A stretch of 64,000 nucleotides of DNA from Squalus acanthias (Eukaryota): positions 70,186,001 through 70,250,000 of the forward strand of contig CM059432.1 of NCBI GenBank assembly GCA_030390025.1, given 5' to 3'. Under the pieces are notes generated by a model, which saw only the letters and a list, made by a program, of their open reading frames with translations, was not told the DNA's origin and ran no database searches. Shown piece by piece: positions 12,443 through 25,922 of the stretch (position 1 is the stretch's first letter; every line of letters starts with the position of its first letter). The translations under genes and the position numbers were made by a program.

Positions 12443-14666
12443 ATGAGTGGTTCTCTAACTTATTTTTAAAGATATATTTTTAATGCAGCTGCAGCAAAGG
12501 TTCATCTATAGCTAGATAAACACAGGAGGGAGAAAGGAATAGAAGGATATGTTGATGGGGTTAGATGAAGAAGGGTGGGAGGAGGCTTGTGTAGAATATA
12601 AACACTGGCGTGGACCTGTTGAGCCGAATGGCCTGTTTCTGTGCAGTAAATACTATGTAACTATGTAATCTCAGGATTACTATTGTTTTTATGAGTATAA
12701 TCAGTTTGAAATCAGTCTCATTCGGAAGTGTCAAACTATGCCGCAAGTTCTGTGGGAATCTAAGACAGATGAGAGCTACATAAACTGCTAACAGCAGGCA
12801 CAGAAAAGCTACTCAGATATACCAGAGCTAAATATTATAACAGGGAAATAAACTGTGAAAACTGCTCAGAGACACCCTCTGCAAGTGTAGTCGAAGTAGA
12901 ATGACTGCAACAGTTAGGACTGTATTTTAAATAAAAGTATGCTCAATTAGATGAACAATGTCAGTACTGGGGAGTGGATTAGTTCTCCATATTTGTCATC
13001 CAGCATCAACAATGAGCACACCCAGGTCCAATAAAGAACAAAGTATGAAGTACTATTGCCTCTACTCTTTACAGCATGCCTCAAACTCAGCCTCAGAACA
13101 GCACCCCATTAAACTTGCATCCTTTCTGAGTCCAATTAGTGCCATTTAATGCTGAATTATGAAAATTAGTGTGAATTAGAATTGTTAACACTGATCTGGG
13201 TTGAGACTGCGCAAATGCATATCACATGGGTGTGAATTTTACACATTAGCTTTCCTGACGCACAGCTGGGAGCGCCTATCAGGGATTCAGGTGCTGACGT
13301 TAGCACTAAATGTTTCCAGAACCAGGCATTAAAGGTGGACATAACTGCAATGCACCATCTGGCTGCTATTCTCCTTTGTTCAGATTGATAAGGTTACTTA
13401 GAAAAGGAGTAATAATCAGAAAACCAGCCCTTTTCAATAGACTTTTTATACTGATCAGAATTGGAATTAGACCACTGCCTGAAGGCCTTTGTTTGCACAT
13501 GATCTTTACATGTTGTCACTTAATCCTTCCCAGCACGGCAACTTATGTCTTACGATAAATCTCACAGGGAATGTACTGGACCGATTTTTAGCAACTGGAT
13601 ATGTAACTGCGTTAGTTAGGAATTGGTTCCACCACAATTGTGCAGATCACTAGCTTAGTTCAGAGGCGTACCTGTCAGCTGTTTAATGATCAATTATTGA
13701 CAGTCTCGGGGTGAGGGGCGGGGGGAATATAAACAAGGTCACTTTGGGGTCAAGTTGACTCTAAGATGACACATCTAGCCAATGGAAGATTAGAACCAAA
13801 TTAGACCAACTGTAGCAGATTTAGTAATCCGAAGCAGGCTGATTTGCAGTATGCCAGGGCACTGTTGATGATTGACCAGCCAGCCTGCCACTGGAGCTGA
13901 GACTCAGCTTCAGATAACCCTTCAAGCCAGTGCCCTCATGAGTAAGGTGGTGCTCATTGGCCAAGCAGCAGAAAGCAAAAACAGTACATGGTGTGAGGAC
14001 AATGTATAAAGTGCATACCTTCTTATTCATTATTGTATTACAGTATTATGATTCAAGTGCTTCGGTTTTAACAATAAGAAACACAAGCTATTAACCTAAT
14101 GTAGCACTGGATTTAAAGGTATTAAATAGGCAATTAATGGTGATATAACGCATTAAAGCCCTAACGAAGTGTGTCACACAGTGGGAGGACCTGGGTTCAT
14201 GCCTGTGGCTGGCTTTAAACTAATTCCTCTCAAAAATGTTAGCCAATTTTATTGTTTCAATTTCAATTATCTCCCGTACTCCTTTTCTGATGCAGTGTCT
14301 TATTAAAAAATAGACGAATACTTACATTTATATAGCACCTTTTCATGTAATTGAAACATTTCTAAACGTTTTTCATAATGAGTTACGTTTCGAGTTCTGT
14401 GACTGTTGTTCAATTAGCTGGAGGACAATTCCACAGCCACACGCAGCCCTCCAGTACCTTGCCCCATGTGTGAGCCTGGATAGTGAGCTGGCTGTTTGAA
14501 GCTAAGGATCTCACAACGAGCCAGGTTTTGTGCAATTGTGCCTATTTCCAACATGGGCCACAGGAGTTCAATCAGGAATAGAAATTCTGGTCATTTTGAT
14601 TTTTTTCTTCCACTGCCCAGACTAAGATTGGCAAATTAAGCAAAAAAATCTGGACCTGGTCTGGTG

Positions 14667-16385
14667 TTTTTTTTATTCGCTTACGGGATCTGGGCGTCGC
14701 TGGCAAGGCCAGCATTTATTGCCCATCCCTAGTTGCCCTTGAGAAGGTGGTGGTGAGCCGCCTTCTTGAACCGCTGCAGTCCATGTGGTAAAGGTACTCC
14801 CACAGTGCTGTTAGATAGGGAGTTCCAGGATTTTGACCCAGCAATGATGAAGGATCGGCGATATACTTCTAAGTCAGGATGGCGTGTGACTTGGAGGGGA
14901 ACTTGGGGGTGGTGGTGTTCCATGCGCCTGCTGCCCTTGTCCTTCTAGGTGGAAGAGGTCGCGGGTTTGAGAGGTGCTGCCGAAGAAGCCTTGGCGAGTA
15001 GCTGCAGTGCATCTTATAGATGGTACACACTGCAGCCACGGTACGCCAGTGGTGGAGGGAGTGAATGTTTAAGGTGGTGGATGGGGTGCCAATCAAACGG
15101 GCTGCTTTGTCCTGGATGGTGTCGAACTTCTTGAATGTTGTTGGAGCTGCACTCATCCAGGCAAGTGGAGAGTATTCCATCACACTCCTTACTTGTGCCT
15201 TGTAGATGGTGGAAAGGCTTTGGGGAGTCAGGAGGTGAGACACTCGCCACAGAATACCTAGCCTCTGACCTGCTCTTGTTGCCACAGCATTTATGTAGCT
15301 GGTCCAGTTAAGTTTTTGGTCAATGGTGACCCCCACGATGTTGATGGTGGGGGATTCGGCAATGGTAATGCCGTTGAATGTCAAGGGGAGATGGTTAGAC
15401 TCTCGCTTGATGGAGATAGTCATTGCCATGCACTTCTGTGGCTCGAATGTTACCTGCCACATATCAGCCCAAGCCTGAACGTCATCCAGGTCTTGTTGCA
15501 TGCGGGCATGGACTGCTTCATTATCTGAGGATTTGTGAATGGCGCTGAACACTGTGCAGTCATCAGCAAGCATCCCCATTTCTGACCTTATGTTGGAGGG
15601 AAGGTCATTGATGAAGCAGCTGAAGATGGTTGGGCCTAGGACACTGCCCTGAGGAACTCCTGCAGCGATGTCCTGGGGCTGTGATGATTGACCTTCAACC
15701 ACTACAACCATCTTCCTTTGTGCTAGGTATGACACCAGCCAGTGGAGCATTTTTCCCCTGATTCCCATTGACTTCAGTTTTACTAGGGCTCCTAGATGCC
15801 ACACTCGGTCAAATGCTGCATGATGTCAAGGGCAGTCACTCTCACCTCACCTCTGGAATTCAGCTCCTTTGTCCATGTTTGGACCAAGGCTGTAATGAGG
15901 TCGGGAGCCGAGTGGTCTTGGCGGAACCCAAACTGGGCATCAGTGAGCAGGTTGTTGGTGAGTAAGTGCTGCTTGATAGCACTGTCGATGACATCTTCCA
16001 TCACTTTGCTGATGATTGAGAGTAGACTGATGGGGCGGTAATTAGCCGGATTGGATTTGTCCCATTTTTGTGGACAGGACATACCTGGGCAGTTTTCAAC
16101 ATTGTCGGATAGATGCCAGTGTTGTAACTGTACTGGAACAGCTTGGCTAGAGGCGCGGCTAGTTCTGGAGCACAAGTCTTCAGCACGATAGCCGGGATGT
16201 TGTCGGGGCCCATAGACTTTGCTGTATCCAGTGCGCTCAGCCATTTTTTTGATATCACATGGAGTGAATCGAATTGGCTGAAGACTGGCTTCTGTGATGG
16301 TGGGGACCTCGGGAGTAGGCCGATATGGATCATCCACTTGGCACTTCTCGCTGAAGATAGTTGGAAACGCTTCAGCCTTGTGTGT
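14667..16385 (-). mobile_element. CR1-group LINE (family 'A'), 5'-truncated, RT domain with frameshifts
   Basis: RT motifs NPANYRPISLLSIISKVME, QFGFRQDHS, GVPQGSVLGPTIFSCFINDL and LADD; A-rich tail at 14667-14674. Confidence 0.93.
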
Positions 16386-17629
16386 GTTACTGAAAACAGC
16401 TTCATACTGGAGTGCTCTTTTTTTATTTTTAATTATTAAAGGATTTCCCATGGTGCTGCTTATGATAAGTTGGAGAGTATTCAGTTTTATAAGGATTGGA
16501 GCATTATACCATGTAGTGCACAATATATGATTCTGCTGCAAAGGTGCAACTGCGTGCAATTAGCCTGCCTCTATAAGGCCAAAAGGTCTGATTACTATAA
16601 ATAGATATCTTATTGACACCTGTGTCCCTAGCACAGCACCAGAATCCCCCTTCCAACTTCCCCATGCCACCTGGAATAAAAAGAGAAGCTTCACAATCAA
16701 GTCAGTACCCTCTACCTATTCCTGCACCATCATTCTTCAAACCCATTCTTGTTTCCCCTGTTCCTCCACCTACTGCGTGGCACAGTAGTGCCACCCTCCA
16801 AGGCAGATGGCGGGGCACCAGGACAGCAGTTTGGGGTGCTAAACAGCATAAACTCATTCACAGGGGACAACAACTTTAGGTAAATATGAAGACTACTGAC
16901 ATTTAAATCGCAGTTTCCAGCAGGCATAAATTAATTTAGAAAATTACCATTGGTCATCAGAAGCTGTCCACGTGAAAATCCTGCTCCCATTACCTGACAA
17001 ATTCTAAGCCCTTCATGTTCTTTCAGAGGGCTTCTAGTTGACCTGTCTCTTTAAGGTTGCAGCTGCCCTTAAGGTTTCTTTGATGCTCCAGTAGAGCACC
17101 CAATGTGCATATGTGTTATTTAAATCAGGCCAGACAGGAAGATAGGCTGCTGAGGTCATGGTTCTTTTGGTGTGCTGCATCCAGATTGCTCTCAGACAGC
17201 TCCGGGAGAGGAGTATCATCCCTGATGGTCTTAACAGAGGACTGGTGGTCTACTTTTAATAGAAGAGATTTGAATAGACAGGATTTAATAAATATAAATT
17301 GTTCAATTTGCTAGGTTATTACTGGTGAACCATGCTATGAGAGCTTTACCACTAACTATACTCACTAATTTCATACTGTTGCTTTAATAAATCACGTATG
17401 CTAATTCATGATGTTTAAGTATTCTAAAGTAAAGCCTTTCCTCAATCTGTTTACACAGCTTTTAAGCTGTCTTTAAGTTGGCTTCCTAATCCAAAAAGTA
17501 TTTTGTTCAACGGAGGGCGGGTAGGAAATTATTTGGAGTTGAAGTGGTAAAATATGAAACAAGCTGTGCCAGGTAGACCAGCAAGAACCAGAGACAGACC
17601 TATCTGTCCTGCCATTATGTTACCAACTG

Positions 17630-17815
17630 CATCTGTTGACCCTGGCACACCTACCTGCAAGTGACTGAGGAGCCTCCGTAGGTTCTGGGTCGGCACAAAG
17701 TTAGTTGTACAGCTGTACCATCTACTGCAAGGACACCTGCAGCCGATTGAGAACATAGGAATAACACTGCCAGTGGCAGGCAAAGATCACCACTGCCCTC
17801 AACTTTTCTGCCTTC
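17630..17815 (+). pseudogene. Harbinger transposase remnant
   Basis: CAGCTGTACCATCTACTGCAAGGACACCTG...CTGCCAGTGGCAG..AAGATCACCACTGCCCTCAACTTT corresponds to the LC.LLQ.DL...[13 protein letters not shown] segment. Confidence 0.65.
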
Positions 17816-18859
17816 ACCTCCCATCCAGCTAGTATAGAAATCAATACCGTCAATGTGTGCTGCCCATAGATTTAATAAACAGATGACTGGTGCATTGATC
17901 AGCATGGCCAGCATTTTCATCTCTTTTCCCACTAAATAGTCACAGCTGGGTGGGGAGGATTAAAATCGACCCCACAGTCTTTTAGGCTCTAACATTTCAA
18001 AAGACCCACCTCAGACAAGTACCACTGTTTTACTTATCCTTGCGTTTCAAAGTTCTTGTTAATGTTTTTTTAGTTTAGGGGTTTAAAAGCTGTTTAAACA
18101 GATTTAGGAAAGGTTTTACTTTAGAATGCTTACACATCATGAATTAGCACACACAAAGTATTAACGTGCTCACATACTGATGCATTTTTGAAGGTAGCTA
18201 TTGATGGCAGCTATATTGCCATCTGCCCCCACCACTTGCTCCTCTTCATGTGTGCACTCATGCTTGCAAATGTTAGTGAGACAGGCACAGGATGCTGTTA
18301 GGTGCTGTCTTGTTCTAGACCACTGACAATGCTGCCAACTGCTCTTCCAGCACTGCAATGATATAAAAGGGACAAATGTTAAAAGGCTGGCTCACCTTCA
18401 AATAGTAAGTGAGAAGGGGAACCAGAAATAAGAAATGGATGGCACTAGCCCTTGGGGAATGCCTTAGGCTTCACTTTCCCATAGTCCCTCCATGTTCTTA
18501 TTTCCAAAGATGTCCACGATCAACTCCTCCAAGAGAATGTAAGACTAGTAATTTCCGAGCCCTCTTCCAGCTCAGGTCCGTTCCCTTGTATTTTCTGCCA
18601 GTTTGTCATGATGCATAAAAGTAGCGGGGAAAATACACATCCAAAGTTACAAACATGTACCCAAGCTCCAACTCACCCTGTGTTTCAGTAAGTGACCGTG
18701 CATCATTAAACTAGGTTGTGGTAGAGTGAATTATGTATGAAGCCTTTGAAGATCTCTGCAGCAAGGCTTTCAATGGTCAGTTGCAGCTTGTATGTGTGCC
18801 CATCTGGAGTATGGAAAAGAGCTGTAAGATTGTGTGAGGACCTGGGACAGCAGTAAATG

Positions 18860-19060
18860 GGCAACAAGTTCCTCAGGTTACACATCTTCTTTTGCATCTG
18901 TTTCCAAGTCATGTCGGTGGTGCACACAGCGTTGACGCTGTGCGCCTTCTGCCAGGTATGTTGCACTGCTGTCCTGTAGGGAGAACGCCCTAGAGTGCCA
19001 AACAGGGAAACCCTTTTCCCACCCACCTCATGCAGTAGCATGTCCCCTTTGCCAACTATC
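18860..19060 (-). pseudogene. Harbinger Myb/SANT-like DNA-binding protein remnant
   Basis: Peptide LLHEVGGKRVSLFG...TWQKAHSVNAVCTTDMTWKQMQKKMCNL has the spacing of the Harbinger Myb-like domain (L..EV....LF...W......VN......RTW.Q..KK..DL). Confidence 0.6.
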
Positions 19061-19309
19061 AGAAAGGGTGTTTAGATGCTGCACTCTGATTCCTGATTCC
19101 GTATCTATTTTGGCTGTCACTGGTTTTTGATCAGCAACTTTTTTGCACCGTAAAGTATTTGAAAAAGCAAAAAATAAATTGACAGATTTCCAGCTTTTTT
19201 GCTTCTTTGCCCGATGTACCTTTAAGTGGCTACATCCCTTTCATGAGCTGCTGATGTACTACCCTCTTCCTCCTTCCCTCCATCTCTCTCTCTTTCTTCC
19301 TCTCTCTCA

Positions 19310-19800
19310 TTCACACACACGCAGGCACACAGACAGACACATGCACACACACACACATACACACAGACATACACACAGACAGACACGCACACATACAGAC
19401 ACAGACATACACACACAGACAGACACACACACACAGACACACACATACACAGACAGACACACAGACACACACACACAGACACGCACACAGAAAGACACAC
19501 AGACAGACACATGCACACAGACACACACACACACAGACAGACACACACAGACACGCACACAGAAAGACACACAGACACACATACACACAGACAGACAGAC
19601 ACATACACACACACACACAGACAGGCACACATACACACAGACAGACACACAACAGACACACACACACACAGACATGCACAGACACACACATACACACACA
19701 CACACATACACACACATACACACAGACAGACACACACACACACAGACATACACATACACACAGACACACACACACACACACACAGACAGACACACACACA
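19310..19800. repeat. Compound CA-rich microsatellite, (CA)n interleaved with CAGA/CATA
   Basis: About 490 bp of CA/CAGA/CATA units. It produces the spurious HT/CV-rich ORFs in the track. Confidence 0.97.
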
Positions 19801-19807
19801 TATATAA

Positions 19808-20083
<276 letters not shown>

Positions 20084-20291
20084 TGATCCATTAACAGAAG
20101 ACTATTGGTTAAAACCTGAGTTTTGTCATGACTGTGGTACATAACATTATGTAGTAATTACAATAGGGAAATAGGCCATTCGGCCCAATCAGTCGGTATT
20201 GGTGTTTATCCCACGTGCTCACTCTGTTCCCATATCGCTTTATTCCCCGTTCCTTCAGCCACCTATCGAACGCATTCTTAAGTGTTAACAT

Positions 20292-20423
20292 GTACCTGGA
20301 ATTTCCTCAGAGCTGCGCCCACTCCTCCTGCAGGGACGGTGGAAACCCCGTTTGTGTTCGTAATTGGGGTTTCCGACGCACTCCCGTTAAAGGTACGACG
20401 GCAACTGTGTGGAAATTTCCTGC
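20292..20423. mobile_element. Small palindromic Harbinger-type MITE inside a CR1 3' tail (~20150-20480, minus strand)
   Basis: GGAATTTCC / GGAAATTTCC near the ends, internal inverted repeat GGAAACCCC / GGGGTTTCC, CAT on both flanks. Confidence 0.55.
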
Positions 20424-20490
20424 CATGATCTCTGCTTCAGTCACTCGCTCTGGCAGTGCCTTCCACGTCCTCACGTAAATGACATGTTTG

Positions 20491-22170
20491 AATCATAGAA
20501 TCATAGAAATTTACAGCACATTCGGCCCATCTTGTCCGTGCCGGCCGACAAAGAGCTATCCACCCTAATCCCACTTTCCAGCACTTGGTCCGTAGCCTTG
20601 TAGGTTATGGCATTTCAAGTGCATATCCAAGTACTTTTTAAATGTGATGAGGGTCTCTGCCTCTACCACCCTTTCAGGCAGTGAGTTCCAGACCCCCACC
20701 ACCCTCTGGGTGAAAAGATTTCTCCTCAACTCCCCTCTAAACTTCCGACCAATTACTTTAAATCTATGACCCCTGGTTATTGACCTCTCTGCTAAGGGAA
20801 ATAGCTCCTTCCTATCCACTCTATCTAGGCCCCTCATAATTTTATACACCTCAATTAGGTCTCCCCTCAGCCTCCTCTGTTCCAAAGCGAACAACCCCAG
20901 CCTATCCAATCTTTCCTCATAGCTAAAATTCTCCAGTCCAGGCAACATCCTCGTAAATCTCCTCTGCACCCCCTCTAGTACAATCACATCCTTCCTGCAA
21001 TGTGGTGACCAGAACTGCATGCAGTATTCTAGCTGTGGCCTGACTAGTGTTTTATACAGTTCAAGCATAACCTCCCTGCTCTTATATTCTATGTCTTGGC
21101 TAATAAAGGCAAGTATCCTGTATGCCTTCTTAACCACCTTATCTACCTGTCCTGCTACCTTCAGGGATCTGTGGACATGCACTCCAAGGTCCCTCTGTTC
21201 CTCTACACTTCTCAGTGTCCTACCATTTATTGTGTATTCCCTTGCCTTGTTATCCCTCCCCAAGTGCATTACCTCACACTTCACTGGATTGAATTCCATT
21301 TGCCATTGTTCTGCCCACCTGACCAGTCCATTGATATCTTCCTGTAGTCTACAGCTTCTTTCTTCATTATCAACCGCACAGCCAATTTTTGTATCATCTG
21401 CAAACTTCTTAATCATACCCCCTACATTCAAGTCTAAATCATTGATATATACCACAAAAAGCAAGGGACCTAGTACTGAGCCCTGCGGAACCCCACTGGA
21501 AACAGCCTTCCAGTCACAAAAACACCCTTCGACCATTACCCTTTGCTTCCTACTTCTGAGCCAATTTTGGATCCAACTTGCCACTATGCCTTGGATCCCA
21601 TGGGCTTTTACTTTCATGACCAGTCTGCCATGTGGGACCTTATCAAAAGCCTTGCTAAAATCCATATAGACTACATCAAACGCACAACCCTCATCGACCC
21701 TCCTTGTTACCTCCTCAAAAAATTCAATCAAGTTAGTCAGACACGACCTCCCCTTAACAAATCCATGCTGACTGTCCTTGATTAATCCGTGTCTTTCTAA
21801 ATTAAGATTTATCCTGTCCCTCAGAATTTTTTCCAATAATTTTCCTACCACCGAGGTTCGGCTGACTGGCCTGTAATTACTCAGTATATCCCTTTCTCCC
21901 TTTTTAAACAACGGTACCACGTTAGCAGTCCTCCAGTCCTCTGGCACCACACCTGTAGCCAGAGAGGATTGGAAAATGATGGTCAGAGCCTCTGCTATTT
22001 CCTCTCTTACTTCTCTGAACAGTCTGGGATACATTTCATCCAGACCTGGGGATTTATCCACTTTCAAAGATGCTAAACCCCTTAATACTTCCTCTCTCAC
22101 TATGTTTATTTCATCTAATATTTCACACTCCTCCTCCCTGATTGCAATGTCTGCATCGTCTCTCTCTTTT
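20491..22170 (-). mobile_element. CR1 LINE, 5'-truncated, with an uninterrupted ORF2 RT/C-terminal region (ORF 20565-22190)
   Basis: 541-codon open frame with VDKSPGLD, WRTANVVPLFKKG, QHGFVKGRSCLTNL, DFSKAFDKVPH, GVPQGSVLGPLLF, FADD and RPQLEYC; tail (GAATCATA)n at ~20490-20508. Confidence 0.96.
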
Positions 22171-23995
22171 GGGGTTCTCAAGTGTATCAATGGGAGGCTT
22201 TTTGTCTTACTCTCGTGCTTGTCGGTAGAAGTGTGAGAACCGTGAAAATGAGAAAAGCCACCCTTACAGTTCTGGGAATTTTAGGTGTCAATCACCTTTC
22301 TCAGAAATACTACTGACCTCTTTACAAAGTCCCGATCATGTCCGACAGAGTTTTCCGCTCTACGTCAAAATAAGTGCCTGTTTTTCACACTCTCAGTGTA
22401 GTGTAACCGAGCAGAAACAATTCATTTTGTGGGGTGAATCAAGGATATTTGCAGTGCTGTACGTTGATTATTCTCCAGCCGGGCTGAAGTCGCCAAAATT
22501 ACTTTTGGACTCTTAACCATGCTTTGATCTGGGTGATTGAGACCCAGCATTGAAAGTCCCCAAGGGCTGTGTTCTCCTGTTCCTCACCTTGCCCTGTCTG
22601 TAACCAGTCAGACTCCCCTCTGGGGAGAGCACCAGCACTTTTGCTGCAAAAGCGAAAATGTAACAAGATGTTGCAGTTTATTTGGAATATATTAGCAACG
22701 TTCTATGGTTGCACATAGCTTCAGAATTCTGCACGTGTAACCTGGGGGAAGATTTTTTTAGCCAGTATGTGTAACAAAACCATAATCTCGTTCTTTATGG
22801 AATAGCTTTATATTTTGCCATGCTACTATAGCGTACAGCATAATAATCTAACACCCACCCTCTCCCCAAGCACATCTACAGCTGGACAATGCAGCCAATC
22901 TCTCTCATTCTTTGTGCTGTTTCTGTATTGTGACTGCAGTGTGCTGCTAGTGGTGATGTAATCATCAGGAAGGAGCTGAGCTGCTAAAAATAGCACAGTA
23001 CCACCACATTTCAGCTTCAAGTGCCAGCGATCAGCTTTGAAAGCAAGCGCTTGGTTTTGATCCAGCCCAAGCAAACCAATGCAGTTGGGGTCACCTCGGA
23101 TTTCTGGCCGAGATCTGTAGTCGTACCTACTGTGTGATTGCAGATGATTGTTTCCTCAATCCTAAGAGTTTATAAATATTGATGTTAGAGCCACACACTT
23201 GGTCCTTTTGCCTGAAAAGCTGCTAATGAAAGCAGTTTAAATTCAATAGTGAGTCATTTTAAAATCATAAAGCACAAACTACAAGCATATGGGTTGAATG
23301 AGAAATTAGACTGGAACACGTATTATTATAGCAGATCAATGTGATGTCTATTTCAAAAGACATCAAAATCATGGTTAAGGGCCATTAAGAATGAGAGCAG
23401 TTTTGACCTTGCCTAGATGTCATTTCAGAACCTTTCTGTATTCCTTATGAACAATAGGAGCGACTGACTGATGGGTTTCCATAGCAGGGAACTTGCCAAA
23501 AAAGATTATTATGCCATGAGGAGGGAGATGGCACCGGCACTAAGTGACAACTTGTTCACCACAATTACATACTAAAACTACACTGGAAATAGTGTGGTAA
23601 TTCAAGGCCATTGCTTTTTATTCTTTTACCTAGTATGTTCGTAACAATTGATTGCAGTTACTCCGTGCACTCTCAGATTTCATTGTTCTGCATGAGAAAT
23701 AGGGATACTATTGTTATGTCCCTGGGTTACACTAGCGTACAAGTAAATATAGGGCAGTGTGAGTTAAGTCCTATAGCACTCAGACTGCTAATGGAAGTGA
23801 CTGATATCACTGAACCCGAGAAGGTATCTACAGCAGTCCTGAATTTGTAACAAACACTTTACAAAGAGGTGAGGATGGGTATTCCTTTGGTAGTTCTGAG
23901 TGCAACGCACAAGTGAAATGAGGCAGAGGAGTTCTTCAGGGGCGACTAAATGTGGAGGCAATGAGCCCTTCAGTGCTCTGGCCACACCTGTCACT

Positions 23996-24033
23996 TCACC
24001 CGACGAAGGAGTTGTAACTCCGAAAGCTTGTGA
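23996..24033 (+). ncRNA. Minimal type I hammerhead ribozyme-like motif (U4-to-C variant)
   Basis: Stem I TCAC(23996-23999)/GTGA(24030-24033); core CCGACGA (canonical CUGANGA); stem II GGAG/CTCC with TTGTAA loop; GAAA; palindromic AAGCTT stem III region; UH site TT. Confidence 0.6.
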
Positions 24034-24123
24034 TTTAAAATAAAACTGTTGGACTATAACCTGGTGTTGTGCGACCTCTCAATTTTGTCCACCCCAGTCC
24101 AACACCGGCATCTCCGTATCATG
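23996..24123 (+). mobile_element. 128-bp Penelope-type retroposed insert with a 12-bp TSD
   Basis: Exact direct repeat ACACCTGTCACT at 23984-23995 and 24124-24135; hammerhead-like motif at its left end, followed by AATAAA. Confidence 0.75.
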
Positions 24124-25699
24124 ACACCTGTCACTACCATGGGAGCTGCACATATCAGAAGAGTCCTGTCATCACCTCATGGGCTTCTCAGGACAGGCTG
24201 CCGCAGAGCTGTGCTATCTGCTACTCAATGATCTGTGCACAACATCGGAATCAGGGACAGCTCTCTCCATAGATGTGAAGCTCACCACAGGACAAAACAT
24301 TCAGCCACCATATCCTCCCAAGCCACCGCAGACAATATCAGTCACATGTATAACAGGAGCAGCAACTGCTTTGTTTGCAAGTGATAACACTGTCATCACT
24401 TTTCCTGGGGAAATGAGACATCAGCTGGACTGGACACGCAATATTCACCAGATGCAAGATTCCTTGAAGTGCACATGGTACCCTTGTGGGGATCAGAGCT
24501 CTTCACATCAACCCTTTGGCCTTCATGAAAGGAAGGATTTATACTGAATATATGTTCATGTGCTATCTGACCACAGAAACACCATAATGTAGATCAGTGG
24601 CCATTTTCCAAGATGCCTTCATTGTGCAGCAGTCCACAGTGCCTGCATTATTTGAAAGAGAGGAATTGTTGACCAGATGGCTCTTAGGAGAACCAGGCTA
24701 TCCTCTGCATCGATGACTGCTGATCCCACTGAGAAAGCCCCAAATAGTAGAGGAGCACCTCAGCCTGGAAGCCATAGCATCTGCTTACTGTTCCTTGGCT
24801 GCCATCTTCACCTTTAAGAAAGGTGTGCCTTGCAACTTAGGCACAATGCAAGAGTGTGAAAAAGGGCAATTGTTGTGTACAATATGTTAATTTAAATGGC
24901 CAGAGCCCCCAGATTTCCAATATGCGCTCCTGATGGGCAAGGCTCCCCACGGGGAAAAGTCGGTAAATTACCCTTGTAATGTCAGCAAACTATTTGAGCA
25001 TGGGGTTCCTCACAGCTGAGACAAATGAGTCATTCCCTGACTTCCATGCATGTCCCCTTTCCAGCCTGTGTCACTGACTAATCATAGGGTGCAGGCGGAT
25101 TTTTTTTTATTCCACTCCTCAGACCAGGGATGTTGACACCAGTTGTGGCAGCCCCACTACTGTCCCAGCTGGCATCAACTAACTCAGTGAAGATCGGTAA
25201 TTAAATTTGGAATCTTCCTGGTCTTTATGCCCTAACATCTTTACCTATTTGGATTATTTTAAAATGGAGTCTAAAAACTTTTACATTTGGGAGATTCAAC
25301 AATTAAGAGAATTCCCAGTTGTGTTTGAACAGTGATGTTATGCATACGTTGTGTTCGTCTTTCATACAAAGAAAGTAATTTCCTCCCCACATGCAAATAT
25401 AGTTGTCAGTTTAAAAGATATTTTCCTTAATTTACTTGAACCAAAGAATACTAAGTGCCATTTTTGTGGAAAACGTTGTAACATTTGAAGTCATTCTTAT
25501 TGTGTTTCTCTAAGAAACTCCATCAGATATGAAGTGTTACTTCACTGCAGTGAGTTGTCATTTAAAATGTCAGTGCTTTATAAAATAACAGAAAAAACCT
25601 CAGGCTATTAAATGATTTGAGGATCCAGAGTGAAATGAGTTTGGACAGTCCCAATCCAAGCCTCAAACACAAAACTGCTATTGATTTTGTTCCTGAGTA

Positions 25700-25922
25700 A
25701 TTTTTTCACTCAGAGAGTTGTCGGGACCTGGAATGCTTTACCTGAAAAGGTGGTGGAAGCTGATTCCATAAATAATTTTAAAAGGGAGTTGAGGATGAGG
25801 AACTTACAGGGTTATGGACAAAAAGCGGGGATGTGGGACTAAGCACGACTGCTCATCCAAAGAGCCAGCACAGACACTACCGGCCGAATGGCCTCCTTCA
25901 GTGCTGTAATTTTCTATGATCT
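25700..25922 (+). mobile_element. CR1 3' tail fragment
   Basis: TTTTTCACTCAGAGAGTTGTCGGGACCTGGAATGC...GGCCGAATGGCCTCCTTC...TTTCTATGAT. Confidence 0.8.

Larger units (their letters stand above)
23900..24800 (+). pseudogene. Highly degenerate Harbinger transposase region hosting a 128-bp insertion
   Basis: Peptide GFSGQAAAELCYLLLNDLCTTSESGTALSIDVKLTT; downstream TGGCTCTTAGGAGAACCAGGCTATCCTCTG reads WLLGEPGYPL, corresponding to the [10 protein letters not shown] motif. Confidence 0.7.

Noticed and set aside
21019..21669. 216-aa plus-strand ORF and similar antisense ORFs over LINEs
   Set aside because: Shadow frames of LINE ORF2 with no independent motifs.
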